Below, in pieces: positions 49,041 to 60,700 of a stretch of DNA of 64,000 bases. Within the stretch, counting starts at the first letter, position 1, and every line of letters starts with the position of its first letter. Position numbers and translations under genes: made by a program. The notes under the pieces were generated by a model that was given only the letters and a program-made list of their open reading frames with translations, had not been told where the DNA came from and did not search any database. This stretch comes from Blastocladiella emersonii ATCC 22665 (lineage: Eukaryota; Fungi; Blastocladiomycota), in the NCBI GenBank assembly GCA_025594325.1, contig JANHCV010000006.1, positions 434,001 to 498,000 of the forward strand, written 5' to 3'.

Positions 49041-50318
49041 GCGAGCGGACGCCTACACTAGATGTTTGTCAATATCCCCTACTCCATCATCCTTATGTAA
49101 ATGTTTTCTTGCTCAAACAACCTTGCTTCTCGTGCAATCGGCACTTGCTCGTACATGGAGAGGAGTAGCCGCGAGTGAACGAGCTGGACAGGATCGAGCC
49201 TGGACCATTGTTTCATTGCCTCCGCTTCTCGCTTCCTTGTCGTTTGTTAATCGATCGATGCCTCTGATGCTTGAAATTGAACATGAATCGATGGGCGTGC
49301 CGCTTCTTCCTGAGAGTGCGACAGATTCGCAGCGCCAAGAACCAAGCTGTGGCGCTACGCGGTCAGCTGAGCTTCGACGACCGCGATGCGCCACGACTCT
49401 GCGTCGAACGCTCATGAGGTGTTGAGCTTGTCAAATAGACGCGCAAGCACTGTTTTTCCAGCTTGCGCGTCGCGAGAGCAGCGTACGACTTGCTCGCTCC
49501 AGATCGTCGTGTGGCAGGTCGCCGTGTGGCAGGGAGAGCTGTGCTGCTTCACGAGTTTGTTTGTTTGCGGGGCTTTCAGGTACCGACGTTAACCCAAACT
49601 ACGTCGGAACACGGATTCGCGCGGGCAGCGACACGTCGTACAGCGCCGCATGATCCTCGGCGTGATGTGGCGCCGCACACTCGAACGATGATCACCAACG
49701 CGACCGTCGCTGGCCGTCTTCAACATCCTTGCCCTCACTAAACAGCCGCTTGGATCACGTCACTCGCCATGTAGCTTGCTGCTCACTTGCTGAACTATGT
49801 CGCTGCACCTGATACGATCAGTCGCCCAGCAGCCGATGCCCAACCGCATGCAGCGCTGCTCTTCACGGCTCCGAGCTCGAGACCTGCAAGACTCCCTGGT
49901 CTATGTCGGCGGCTGGCAAGAACGCAAGTGTGGGCTATTGGTGCACCCGTAGATTTGCGGATGCTCGCTGCACGGACCCACATTAGTGCTCGTCGCTTGC
50001 GAGTATTGGTTGGCAAAGGGCACTGCCTCCGGTGGGGGTACCACTATGGCGGGGTCACATTCGACAGTGTCGCCCCAGACTTTAGCCCAGGAGAATTAAT
50101 GCAACAAATCACCCAGAAAATCAACTCGCTGCATCTTCGCGCAAAGTGATATCAAGGCGATCAAGTAGGTCTTCGATGATGTTCGAGTTGCTTCACCCGC
50201 GGTTGCACCAGTCAACAGCGGGTGGAATACCTGTCCTAAGCTACAGTCTTTCGACCCGGTCCCGCACGCCAACTCGTCGTTACACGCAATTTCTCGACCG
50301 TTCCGCATCGCGCTGTTT

Positions 50319-50375
50319 GGGCCGCACCCGCGCGAGCGCCGTGAAAAGGCCGCGCCGCCCGCGCGGGTGTGGCCC
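50319..50375 (+). repeat. 57-nt hairpin element, copy 3 (in palindrome spacer)
   Basis: 18 Watson-Crick pairs, 1 G-T, 1 mismatch; loop CCGTGAAAAGGCCGCGC. Confidence 0.9.
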
Positions 50376-51525
50376 TCAAGTACCTTACACGTCGCAGCGC
50401 AGTGCGAAGCGGTTGATCGAGGATTAAGTTCGAAACGCAGGCCCGGATCAAGGTCGCGCGACGTGTCGAACGCTGGTCGTTGCAAGAGGGCTGTCTGGAA
50501 TACATGAAGCGTTGTAATCCCAGATGTGGTTTGAAGCGAAGCAGTGGAGAGCTTGAGTCGCGATTGACAACGCTGCGCACCGTCCAGGATCTGCTCGCGC
50601 ATCGCGTGAGACGCAGGAGTGGACGAGGTGTTGGCCGATTGTGATCGCAGCTCCGTCACGGCCGCCGGCTTACGATTCGCCGGACATGTGTCGCATTCTT
50701 GTGCAGCCAACGCGCTACAACTCATGCTATAGGCCGAATTGGCTATCGTGGGTCTCGCTGGTTGACTGTCACTGCAGTCCGTGACGTGCTCGCGGCGAGG
50801 TGACAGCGCGAGCAACGCGTTTCTCATCTCGGCGTGCCGACCAGCGGCGTGGCCAGCCGCTTGTCGCAGAGCAGTCTCGCCCTCGCCCTCGCTCCCGCAT
50901 CCTCGCATATCCTACACTTCCATGAAGCGACACTTGATGCAACCTAGCGATTAGGCTCAGAAGAAGACTACCTTGCGACGCAAACCGGGCTGCGAGCGAA
51001 ACGGTGCTGTTGGAACGCATCACGCGGCAAACCTGAGCTTATGCTCGCGCTTGTGCGAGCCTGTGCAACCGTGCATCGCTTATGGCGAGAACGCCTCGTC
51101 CCCCGGCGCCGAGCGGCGCTGAGTTCGTCAAGGCGGCGGTTACCGCACCACGGGTTTGTCGTTATTGTCGCACTCCGTGAGTGTAGTTGAACATTTGCGG
51201 ACCAGTCACCCTAACCCACGCGCTCAATTTATCACTCGGCGAGCTAGAGAAAGTTCTTTCGGACAATTATTCAGACTTGAACGGCGGCCAACTACTCACC
51301 ATTCGGGCCTGGTCCAAGCGTGTGGCCTCTCGGGTTGTCTCGCGCCATGATCGGGGGCTGCTCCAAATACCAACCGGACATGGCTACTCGAAAGCTGGCT
51401 GCGAATTCACTTGGATTCACTAGCTTTCCCGCGACGAGTTTCACGCGCTGCGCCACAGGCCGTTGCTCATGTCCACCACGATTGGTGTTGTTTGAATCTC
51501 GCCGCTGTCCCTCATCGCGCTGCAA

Positions 51526-51582
51526 GGGCCACGTCCGCGCGAGCGCCGTGAAAAGAGCGCGTCGCCCGCGCGGGTGTGGTCC
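51526..51582 (+). repeat. 57-nt hairpin element, copy 4 (in palindrome spacer)
   Basis: 16 Watson-Crick pairs, 3 G-T, 1 mismatch; loop CCGTGAAAAGAGCGCGT. Confidence 0.85.
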
Positions 51583-53052
51583 TCAATACTTCTACGTTTG
51601 CGGCGCGGAGTGGGACAGCCGCGTGGGACTCGGACGCACTCGTCGCTGGCCATGGCCACGGCGACAGCAAGCGAGCGAGTGCTGATTGATTGCCGCGAAT
51701 CTGGCCACCACGTATGAGTGCATTGCCCATTTGCGTCCTCAATTCCACAGCAAGTAACTTCCAACCGTGGTCGTAGCTTACACGACCGCGACCATCATCG
51801 CGATCGCATCAGGTTTCCGCGCAGGATGCGCTTCTCGTGAAGTCGCGCTGCGGCCACATATCATTCGTTGGATCACGCACGCGCACAAGCTCACGAGCGG
51901 TCCAGTTGAGCAAAAGCTAGTAGCTATACATAACAAAACTCTCGCTGATCTTATATCAAAGTCTCTGCCGACGCATGTGCCGCCGGCTCACCCTGCTGCT
52001 GCTGCCCCTGTCCTTGCACCCCTCCCGCGGCCGACAGCCAGCCCAAACGCGGGCAATCCGAGCATCGCGTCGAGCCCCGCGAACGGCCGCTGCTGCGCGT
52101 CCTGCTGCTGCTGGAAGTACGCCGCGTTCGGCGGCGCGACCATGGCTGCGGCGGCCGCGGCGGCCGTGACGGCCGGGTGCAGGAGATTCGCCCACCCTTA
52201 TGCCGCAGGTAGATAGTCAGAATCGCCGTGATGCACTCACTGTTCGAGAGTGGCCACGTACAGCTCCTGTGGCGGGCCCTCGTCGCGTAGCCGCCGCGAC
52301 GGCAGGAACGGCCGGTACAGCTCGAGGACCGTCGAGTGGTACATGATGTTGAGGTATGCGACCTGCCCTGCAGCGGCGTTGAGAGGCGGTAGCGCGGGTG
52401 ATCATCGTTCGAGTGTGCGGCGCCACATCACGCCGAGGATCATGCGGCGCTGTACGACGTGTCGCTGCCCGCGCGAATCCGTGTTCCGACGTAGTTTGGG
52501 TTAACGTCGGTACCTGAAAGCCCCGCAAACAAACAAACTCGTGAAGCAGCACAGCTCTCCCTGCCACACGGCGACCTGCCACACGACGATCTGGAGCGAG
52601 CAAGTCGTACGCTGCTCTCGCGACGCGCAAGCTGGAAAAACAGTGCTTGCGCGTCTATTTGACAAGCTCAACACCTCATGAGCGTTCGACGCAGAGTCGT
52701 GGCGCATCGCGGTCGTCGAAGCTCAGCTGACCGCGTAGCGCCACAGCTTGGTTCTTGGCGCTGCGAATCTGTCGCACTCTCAGGAAGAAGCGGCACGCCC
52801 ATCGATTCATGTTCAATTTCAAGCATCAGAGGCATCGATCGATTAACAAACGACAAGGAAGCGAGAAGCGGAGGCAATGAAACAATGGTCCAGGCTCGAT
52901 CCTGTCCAGCTCGTTCACTCGCGGCTACTCCTCTCCATGTACGAGCAAGTGCCGATTGCACGAGAAGCAAGGTTGTTTGAGCAAGAAAACATTTACATAA
53001 GGATGATGGAGTAGGGGATATTGACAAACATCTAGTGTAGGCGTCCGCTCGC

Positions 53053-53772
53053 TTAGCAGCAGCCGTGGTTGATGGGCAGGATGGTCACGACGTCGCTGCC
53101 GCAGTCGCCGTGGTTGTTGATCGGGAGAATGTGGAAGTCGCCGCCGTTGCCGCAGTCGCCCGAGGGACCCCAGGTGGCCGGGTTGCCGCCGACAAAGCCG
53201 TCGGCCGAGTGGTGGCCCTGGAACTGCGACTGCGACTGCGACTGCGACTGGAAGGCGTCGCCGTGGCCGTTGGACCACTGCGACTGCGACTGGGACTGCG
53301 ACTGGGACTGAGCGCCGTGGCCGGTGCCCCACTGGGTCTGCGACTGCGACTGGGCCTGGTCAACCGAGTGGTGGTTGCCCCAGTTGCCCTGGAACTGCGA
53401 CTGCGACTGCTGCTGCGCGGCGTCGCCGTGGTTGCCCCAGTTGCCCTGGAACTGCGACTGCGACTGCGACTGGGCGGCGTCACCGTGGCCGTTGCTCCAC
53501 TGCGACTGCGACTGGGCCTGGTCGACCGAGTGGTGGCCGTTGCCCGACCACTGGAACTGCGACTGCGACTGCTGCTGCGCGGCATCGCCGTGGTTGCCCC
53601 ACTGCGACTGCGACTGCGACTGCGATTGCGACTGGGCGCCGTTGCCGCCCCACTGGGCCTGCGACTGCGACTGCGACTGCGACTGGGCGCCGTTGCCGCC
53701 CCACTGGGCCTGCGACTGCGACTGCGACTGGGTCTGGACGGCGGGGACGTGGATCGGGGCGCAGTGGGTCAT
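53053..53772 (-). CDS. 239-aa Gln/Ser alternating-repeat protein, copy 2
   Basis: Identical translation to 48321-49040. Confidence 0.8.
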   Translation of the reverse strand: MTHCAPIHVPAVQTQSQSQSQAQWGGNGAQSQSQSQSQAQWGGNGAQSQSQSQSQSQWGNHGDAAQQQSQSQFQWSGNGHHSVDQAQSQSQWSNGHGDAAQSQSQSQFQGNWGNHGDAAQQQSQSQFQGNWGNHHSVDQAQSQSQTQWGTGHGAQSQSQSQSQSQWSNGHGDAFQSQSQSQSQFQGHHSADGFVGGNPATWGPSGDCGNGGDFHILPINNHGDCGSDVVTILPINHGCC

Positions 53773-54809
53773 CTTGAAGGTGGTTGGTTGGTTGGTGGTG
53801 GTTGAGCAGGTGTGCGATGCGATGTGCTTCGTTGCGATTGCTGGTGTCGAGCAAACTTGAGAGGACGGCGGGGGCGTGCGAGTCTTTATACCGGCGGCGA
53901 ACGGCACGGCGACGTGAGCGACGCGTCGCCAAAATTAGCGCGTTTCGGATCACCCGGGCCTTGACCGCACGCCGCTCCCCCGCTGCTGCTCGCGCGACGG
54001 ACCGCACCGGCGCGCGGTGCGCCGCTTCCGCCCGTACCGCTGTCGCCCAGTGGATTCGGCAGCGGGCCGCTGCATCGCCTCTGCGGTCCGCTTCACTCGG
54101 CTGTGGAACGGGGGACACGGCGCGACTCGGGCGCACCGCGTCGCGTTGCCCAAGCACACGCTTGGGTCGCGTGGGGCAACGCTGTTCCCACGCGGTGGGC
54201 CGCGAGCTCTGGCGCACGTTTCCGTGGGCCTTGTGGTGCGGTGATGCGGCCAACTGGTGCGTCCCGCACCCGGACGGACGCAGGGACGTCTCGCGTCTCG
54301 CGCGGCTGCGCCACCTCGCACGTGATCCTGCTGCAGGGATTCGGCCTGCTCGCGAGCGAGCGGCGCGGATCAGCGGCGCATCACCGACCCGGACCCGCCC
54401 TGTTGTTTGCGCACCGACTGCCACGCCCCACGCACACGAGAAGCCGACGGATCTCGCTGCATCGGTTGCCCCACCTGCGGCTCTTTGCTGCCCGCGCGGG
54501 AGATTCAACGCGAGCGAACACAGGGTGGCGCAGCGGCTACACGGGCCGCGACAGGGATCCGCCGAGTTGGCCCCGCGTATCCGACCTCTACGCTCCGCGC
54601 TGACGCTCGTTTGCTCTTCCTACAACACGCACACTCCATGCAACACTTTGACGCCTGGCCGCTGAGCAGCAAACACATGTGGATGGCGCGCCCGCTTGCT
54701 GGAATGAACAAAACCCGCGGCTGTTCCTTGCTCTGATGCTCGCTCTCCCCCGCCCCGCCCGCAACACCCTGCATCATCATCATCATCATCATCATCACCA
54801 TCAAGGACC

Positions 54810-55576
54810 ATGACCGTGACTTACAACGCCGCCGCCGCCGCCGCCGCTGAACCACCCAGAAAACCCGACTCGGTCCTAGATCTCGACGCCCCCTCATCAT
54901 CTCTCGAAGCCGGCAACAACATCAACGACGCAGCAGCATTGACGGCCGACCGCCTCGACGGCGGCTTCGCGGCGTGGTGCCAGGTTGCCGTGAGCTTCCT
55001 CACCTACTTTGCCGTCTTCTCAAACCTCAACAGTTTTGGCCTCTTCACCGCGCAGTACAAGACGGTCGACTTCCCCTCGGCCTCGCTCTCGTCCATCTCG
55101 CTGATCGGCGCCTTCATGCCCATGGCGCTCGCCGCCGCGGGACCCTTCACGGGCCGCCTCGCCGAGTCGTGGGGGTTCCGCAACGCGCTGGCCCTCGGCG
55201 CCGTGATCGCGGGTGCGTCGCTCGTCCTCGCGAGCTTCGCGACCGAGGTGTGGCACCTGATGTTGACGCAGGGCCTGCTGTACGGCGCGGCCGGCTCGCT
55301 CGGCATCAACACGGGGCTCGCGCTCATTGCGCAGTGGTGGGTTGAGCGCCGCTCGACGGCCGTGGGGATCGCGGTCGCTGGGTCGGGCGTTGGCGGCCTC
55401 ATCTACGTCAACATGATCCAGGCCATCATGCCGTCAATCGGCTTCGCGTGGACGCTGCGGGTCCTCGCGGCCATCAACTTTGTGCTGTTCGCGCTTGGCG
55501 CCGTGCTCGCTCGGCCTCGCATCACTAGTAGTGTGACCACGAAAGTGACCAGAACCCCCGCCGGTGCGCAGCAACC

Positions 55577-55610
<34 letters not shown>

Positions 55611-56249
55611 CATTCGATGCCGAAACTCAACCTCGCGCTGTTCCGCGAGCCTCGGTTCCTGCTCCTCTACTTTGGCCTCGCCTTCAACACGTTCGGGTTC
55701 CTCGTCCCGCCGTTCCTGCTCCCGACCTACGTCGCGCAGGCCACGCCGCACTCGGCCGCGCTTGGCAGCGCGCTGCTCACCGTCTTCAACGCGACCTCGA
55801 TCGTCGGCCGCGTGTCCATGGGCTACCTCGCGGACCGACTGGGCAACGTCACATCCCTCGGGCTCTCGCTCGTCGGGTCGGGCGTGTCGATCCTCACCAC
55901 GTGGCTGTTTGGCGGCGACTCGCAGGCGTGGCTTGTCGTGTTCGCGGGCCTGTACGGGTTCATGAGCGGCGGCTACCTCAGCATCACGCCGAGCTGCGTC
56001 GCGCAGCTGTTTGGTGTCGCCACGCTGGCCTCGACCATGGGCCTCATCTCGACGAGCAACATTCTGGGGTACGCGCTCGGCACGCCCGTGGCCACGGCGC
56101 TGATCAGCGCGTCCAAGGGTGGCGCCCTGCCGAGCGCGCAGTTTGCGCCCGCGATCGCCTTCGCCGGCCTCACCATGTTGGTCGGCGGCATCCTCGTCTT
56201 CATCCTGCGCTACGCCGTCCTCGACCGCCGTGTGCTCGCCAAGGTGTAG
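54810..56249 (+). CDS. MFS transporter, monocarboxylate (MCT/Mch-like) family, copy 2
   Basis: Identical translation to 45844-47283. Confidence 0.92.
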
Positions 56250-56799
56250 TGCTCGTGCTCGTTTTAATGTAAGATCCTAGTTTATTGTACTTTCGCGAAT
56301 CGTTATTGAGCAAGGCCGACATGACAGCAAGGGGGCTCGCTATCCCGACCTGAGGCTTCTGGTGCTCCGCCGCCATGTCAACCGACGCCTTTGATTTTGG
56401 TCGCAAGGTTGATTGACTCGACGGAAGAGGTGGTTTTGAACGAGGGCGCTTCACGCGTGCGTAGCGGCCTTGTGCGACTGAATGGCTTACGAGATACCAT
56501 CAAGAGGGAACGGACAGGCTATATGTGAATCTCGACCCCACGCACGGACATGGCGACGAAGCGGGCGAGCAATCCCCAAACAGCTACACGACATTATTTG
56601 AATTGGAGCACGCCCAAGTCGCGCGATCAATCGCGAGCGAGCAAACGAGTGGACCAGAGGAAATGCATCTCAAAATCTAGCATAAGAAACAGCAGACGAC
56701 TCGAGTAGGCCGACGGCGAGGATAGACTCGAGGCCGATCATGACAAGCAACTTCCGGCGGACGAGGGCTCCTCAAGCGAACAAGCTCACGACGGTCGGT

Positions 56800-57595
56800 A
56801 ACATGCTACGTTGCGGCTAGTAACTAGCGATTAATACATGAGGTGCGACGCTGACGATGAGAGAGCGTGCGAAGACGGGCGACGGAGTGGGCGAAAGCGG
56901 GAGCGGCACCGCGCGTCGCATTTCAGATCAAGGCGCATGAACGCGTCACGCGTTTTCGCGTCGTGTCTCGCACCTTGTCTCACTCGCACCATGATCGCCG
57001 GTCATTTAGTTACCGGCGCGTCATCCCCGATACCACAGCTATTTTGTACGACAAAACGCTCCTGAGTCTTTGCCAGGACAGAGCCAAGGACTGAAATCCT
57101 CGTGCGACCTGATCAGTGGCACGTGCGTCTCCCGCGTTATCATGATCGCGTTCATGATCACGTTGCTTTAACGGCCCCTGATTCCAGGCGAGTGGAATAC
57201 GCGAGGAGACAATTCTTTGGCTGCCAGCATCCTGGACTGAATCGTGAAATCTCTCTCGCCCGCCGCGCCTGATAGAGTCGCAGTTCATCGCGACTTGTCT
57301 CCCGTGCGTCGCGTCTCCCGCGGCCAACACGAAACGAGCGTGCCGCGGCCTGCCTTTGTGCATCTTTGTGCCGATTTATTTATCAAAAATCCAATCATTA
57401 AGCAAAAGGAAAGGATTAGGGAATGGGGCGTGGATGGTAGTGGACGGTTCGAAGAGAAGGTCGGCTAAGGGTTGACTCATGGCTGATCTGAGATTCAACC
57501 TCGAACGAGAAGGATTCGAACTGAGCTCCCGAAACTCCCTCAGTATCCACGGACCCGCACCCATGGTAACCCTGTATTGTCCGCTCCACTCGGGC
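56800..57595 (+). repeat. Diverged repeat unit (blocks A and B), related to 59150-59585; mirror copy in the left arm at about 44500-45290
   Basis: Block A, e.g. CGCGTCGCATTTCAGATCAAGGCGCA, and block B, e.g. ACTCATGGCTGATCTGAGATTCAACCTCGAACGAGAAGG, recur with roughly 80% identity (estimated by eye) about 2.0-2.3 kb downstream. Confidence 0.75.
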
Positions 57596-59149
57596 CCCGA
57601 TAGCAAATGCCACTGACCCGAGCAAAGTTCTCACGGTCATCGCCAACGTCAGCATGAACGTGTGTCATTTCTTCACTTCTCCGCGCCATTGAGGCAGTTT
57701 AAACTAACCGATGGGCACGAAATGATGGCGGGCGTAGCACTTGAGCGAAGGGCAGAAGCACTCCGACGTGTGAAGTGGCGCAACGCGTCATTAGCCGCCT
57801 CGCGACCGAGCAGCAATATCAATCTAGGGTGTTCACCAATCAGCAGAAAGAAAATTTTCTCTACGATTACCAAATATCGGTCAAGCGTGGCGGCGTCCGC
57901 GTACAGCTGCCTGGAACAGAGCGAGAAGGGACTGTCAACGCGCTTCATCCTCGTCGCAGCAGGACCGCGCGGACCGGGTTGAACAGCTCCTTTAGCCGGT
58001 CGACGCGAGCTTGACGAGAGTGAACTTGCATAAAGTAGTGAGCCTCGCGAGTGCGACCTGCGTTGATCTTGTCCTGCGCGTGCGAGCGGGGCGTGGGCCA
58101 CCGTGACGGCGCAGTCGACGACGCGATTCTGGGTCGCAGCGATCGCGGGAAACTTGCTGGTTGTGTTTACAGTTTCGGGACGGGCCGCGCGCCGGGGCTG
58201 CGAGTGAGTCGAGGCGCGGCGAAGAGTGAGAGGAGCGCAAGCTTCGCCGTCCTGGGATCAGAACAGCAGGCCGCAAAGAGCTCCCGCGGGACGCCGAGCA
58301 CGCGCGAGTACTGCCACGTGGCACCGTCTTAAATGTATCGCGCGGCACGGTGGATCAGCGGCATGTCTTCTTTGCGGTTGTCGGACTCGAGCTCGAGCAG
58401 GTGAGCGAGGCACGTCCGTGCGAGCGACCCAAGCTCGGCCAGCACCAGGCCCAGCAGGACCCCCGTGAACCGCGTGTAAGTGTGCAACGAGCCCCTTCCA
58501 AAAGAATAATCGAAGAGAGGAGCAAGAGCGTCGCATCATCAGCGTCGCCGCCACGAACAGACCAAGAACGCTCTCGGCGCGGCTACGTTCAGAAACGACA
58601 AAGCGCGCTCGCTTGACAGCGAAGCGGGCGTGATGCAACGTCGGGACCGTCATGATGCAGGACAGTTTGGCGACGCGATCGCGAGGTAAGCCGGGAACGC
58701 GGGAAGTACGTCCCGTGGGTCACCGCCGAGGTAGCGATCATGTCCTTGAGCCGCGGCACGCACAGGTAAGCGGGCCCGGCGCGACACAAGTGGGTGAAGA
58801 AGACTTGGACCGCGAGCCCGGCGACCTCGGTGTTTACGGCAACACGGTCTGCAGGATCGGAGCAGTTTTCGAACCGTGTCGCGCCGTGCTAGTGCGCGCC
58901 GCCTCGCCATTGACGGCGACCTGGACCACAAGCGAGCCGCCTGCTACTCGACGACCACGTGTGACGTACAACTCTTCTTTGATAAACTGATAGCAATAAA
59001 GCACGCGGTAGGTTCAAATTATGTGCTGGTGGGGAAGAGCATGTGAACGCGACCACGTGGCTAAGGTTCCCTGAGCCCTGTCGGGTCGAGGCGAGGTGGC
59101 TGCTGAAGAACGCCTTCGACTTGAAAGCCCACATCACGGCGGCAAGCCC

Positions 59150-59585
59150 TGAGTTACATTGCTGGTAGTTTTACATGCGGTGGATACATGAGATGCAGAG
59201 TTGAAGGCAGCGAGAGCTCGAGGTCCCAGCTCGCGTCGTGTTTCGGATCAAGGCGCACGCGCGCGTCACGCTATTTTGCGTCGCGTCTCGCAGCGTGTCT
59301 CACGCGCGTGCGTCGGGCCTCCCACTCGACGGGACCGCCGTCTCGGGCCACCGTTGTGCGCACTTGCTCAATGCCCAGCTATCCTCCAACAATTTAAAAC
59401 TAAAAAAGTCAAGGAAAAGGATTAGAGAGCGGGACGCGAGTGAAAGTGAACAGCCCAAAGAGAGGGTTCGCGAGGGGTACTCATGGCTGATCTGCGATTC
59501 AACGTCGAACGAGAAGGCTTCTGAGCACCCGGAGCTCCCCCGAGCACGCGCGGCCCCGAACCCGCTGTGCCCCCGTATTGTCCAG
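59150..59585 (+). repeat. Second, shorter copy of the diverged A+B repeat unit, spanning the palindrome's outer boundary
   Basis: CGCGTCGTGTTTCGGATCAAGGCGCA (block A, inside the arm) and ACTCATGGCTGATCTGCGATTCAACGTCGAACGAGAAGG (block B, outside the arm). Confidence 0.75.
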
Positions 59586-60700
59586 TTGGCAGAATAGCAC
59601 GGATTCAACACCGTTAGGCTACTCTACCTGTTTTGTCCACTCTTCCGAACCTCCAACTTGTCCATTCCACCCTCGCCCCGATTGTACACGCAACTGACTC
59701 TGGCCATGCCTGCATTTTCACAACCTTTTCTCAACCTATTCCCAAGTCCCAAGCATCACCTCAAGTGATGCTTGATCCGGATGAAGGGGCCCGCAACGCT
59801 CCGCTCGCGAGGGAAGCATCACCTAGTCCGCCACGAAAGAGTACGGGCGTTGGCGGCCGCGCTCCCGCTGCTTGCCTACCATAACATCCAACGACAAGGT
59901 TGGCCGAGTGCGCGAGCTGCCTCAGAACGAGCGACACGATCGAAACGGCGGCAACTGACATGGCCACCTCGCCTCCATCGTCCGCCTCGTTGTCGACACG
60001 CAAGTCTTCAGCGCCGTTGATCGCGCCGCGGACACCCCGGTCGTTGTCAGGCCGTTCGTTCGTTGACCGCAACGGACGCTTGGCATGACCGACATCGAAT
60101 CACCAAGGAGTGCTTTGTTCATGTGCACCAAACTCTCCATCTCGAGCAAAACGGGCGCAGGTCGCATAGGGAAGCTTTCAATCGTCAGCAAAGCAAGGAG
60201 CACTTACTCTATCCTGTTGTGAGATTAGTGACTGACCGACTTCCTAAGCACAATGGGTGAGCTTGCTTTCCATGACAAACGGATGAATGGACGGTATAGG
60301 CCAAAGTAGCAAAACATGACCCGCGAGAGTCGTTGCGTGTTCAGAAAGATAGGAATGATCAGCATTTACCGTGCGAATTTCGGTAACTAAGCAGCAGAAC
60401 TGACTTTAATCCTTTTGTTTCGTCATGACGAGTGTGTTGATCGGACGCATAAAGAAGCAGGTCGAGTGGGTGATGGCCGGTCGAGGGCTCGCCCTGGCGG
60501 TGAGTTGTCGAGGGTACGTGTGGGGAGGTGGAGCGGGAGCTTATAGACAGCTAAATCGACTCGCAGCACTCAGGCATCTTTAAACCAGGTCGAGGAACCG
60601 GCCGGGTCCGGCGCGCAGCGAGCGAGGCGGTCGACCAGGTGCGCGAAGGTCAGCTGATGCTGTGTGACTGGTCGCGACGCGCCTTTCACTTTGATCCAGC

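Larger units (their letters stand above)
42758..49696 (+). repeat. Left arm (6,939 bp) of giant inverted repeat
   Basis: Every ORF in 42.9-49.5 kb has an identical opposite-strand twin whose mirrored coordinates sum to 102093. Ends were read directly: outer ...GGCAAGT|GTCCCGTCGAG, inner ...ATGATCACC|AACGCG. Confidence 0.97.
52397..59335 (-). repeat. Right arm (6,939 bp) of giant inverted repeat
   Basis: Reverse complement of 42758-49696; inner end GGTAGCGCG|GGTGATCAT, outer end CTCGACGGGAC|CGCCG. Confidence 0.97.

Noticed and set aside
49787-52216. Spacer ORFs 49787-50149 and 51767-52216
   Set aside because: Non-ATG starts in the track, codon usage unlike host genes and no recognisable domain; not called as genes.
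42758-59335. Palindrome as a giant TIR transposon or Starship-like element
   Set aside because: No transposase or tyrosine recombinase ORF, no target-site duplication, and the outer end cuts through a pre-existing repeat.
60063-60260. Peptide HLEQNGRRSHREAFNR, faintly like the retroviral integrase QNGxxERxNR motif
   Set aside because: No DDE spacing, zinc finger, RT or LTR nearby; similarity too weak.
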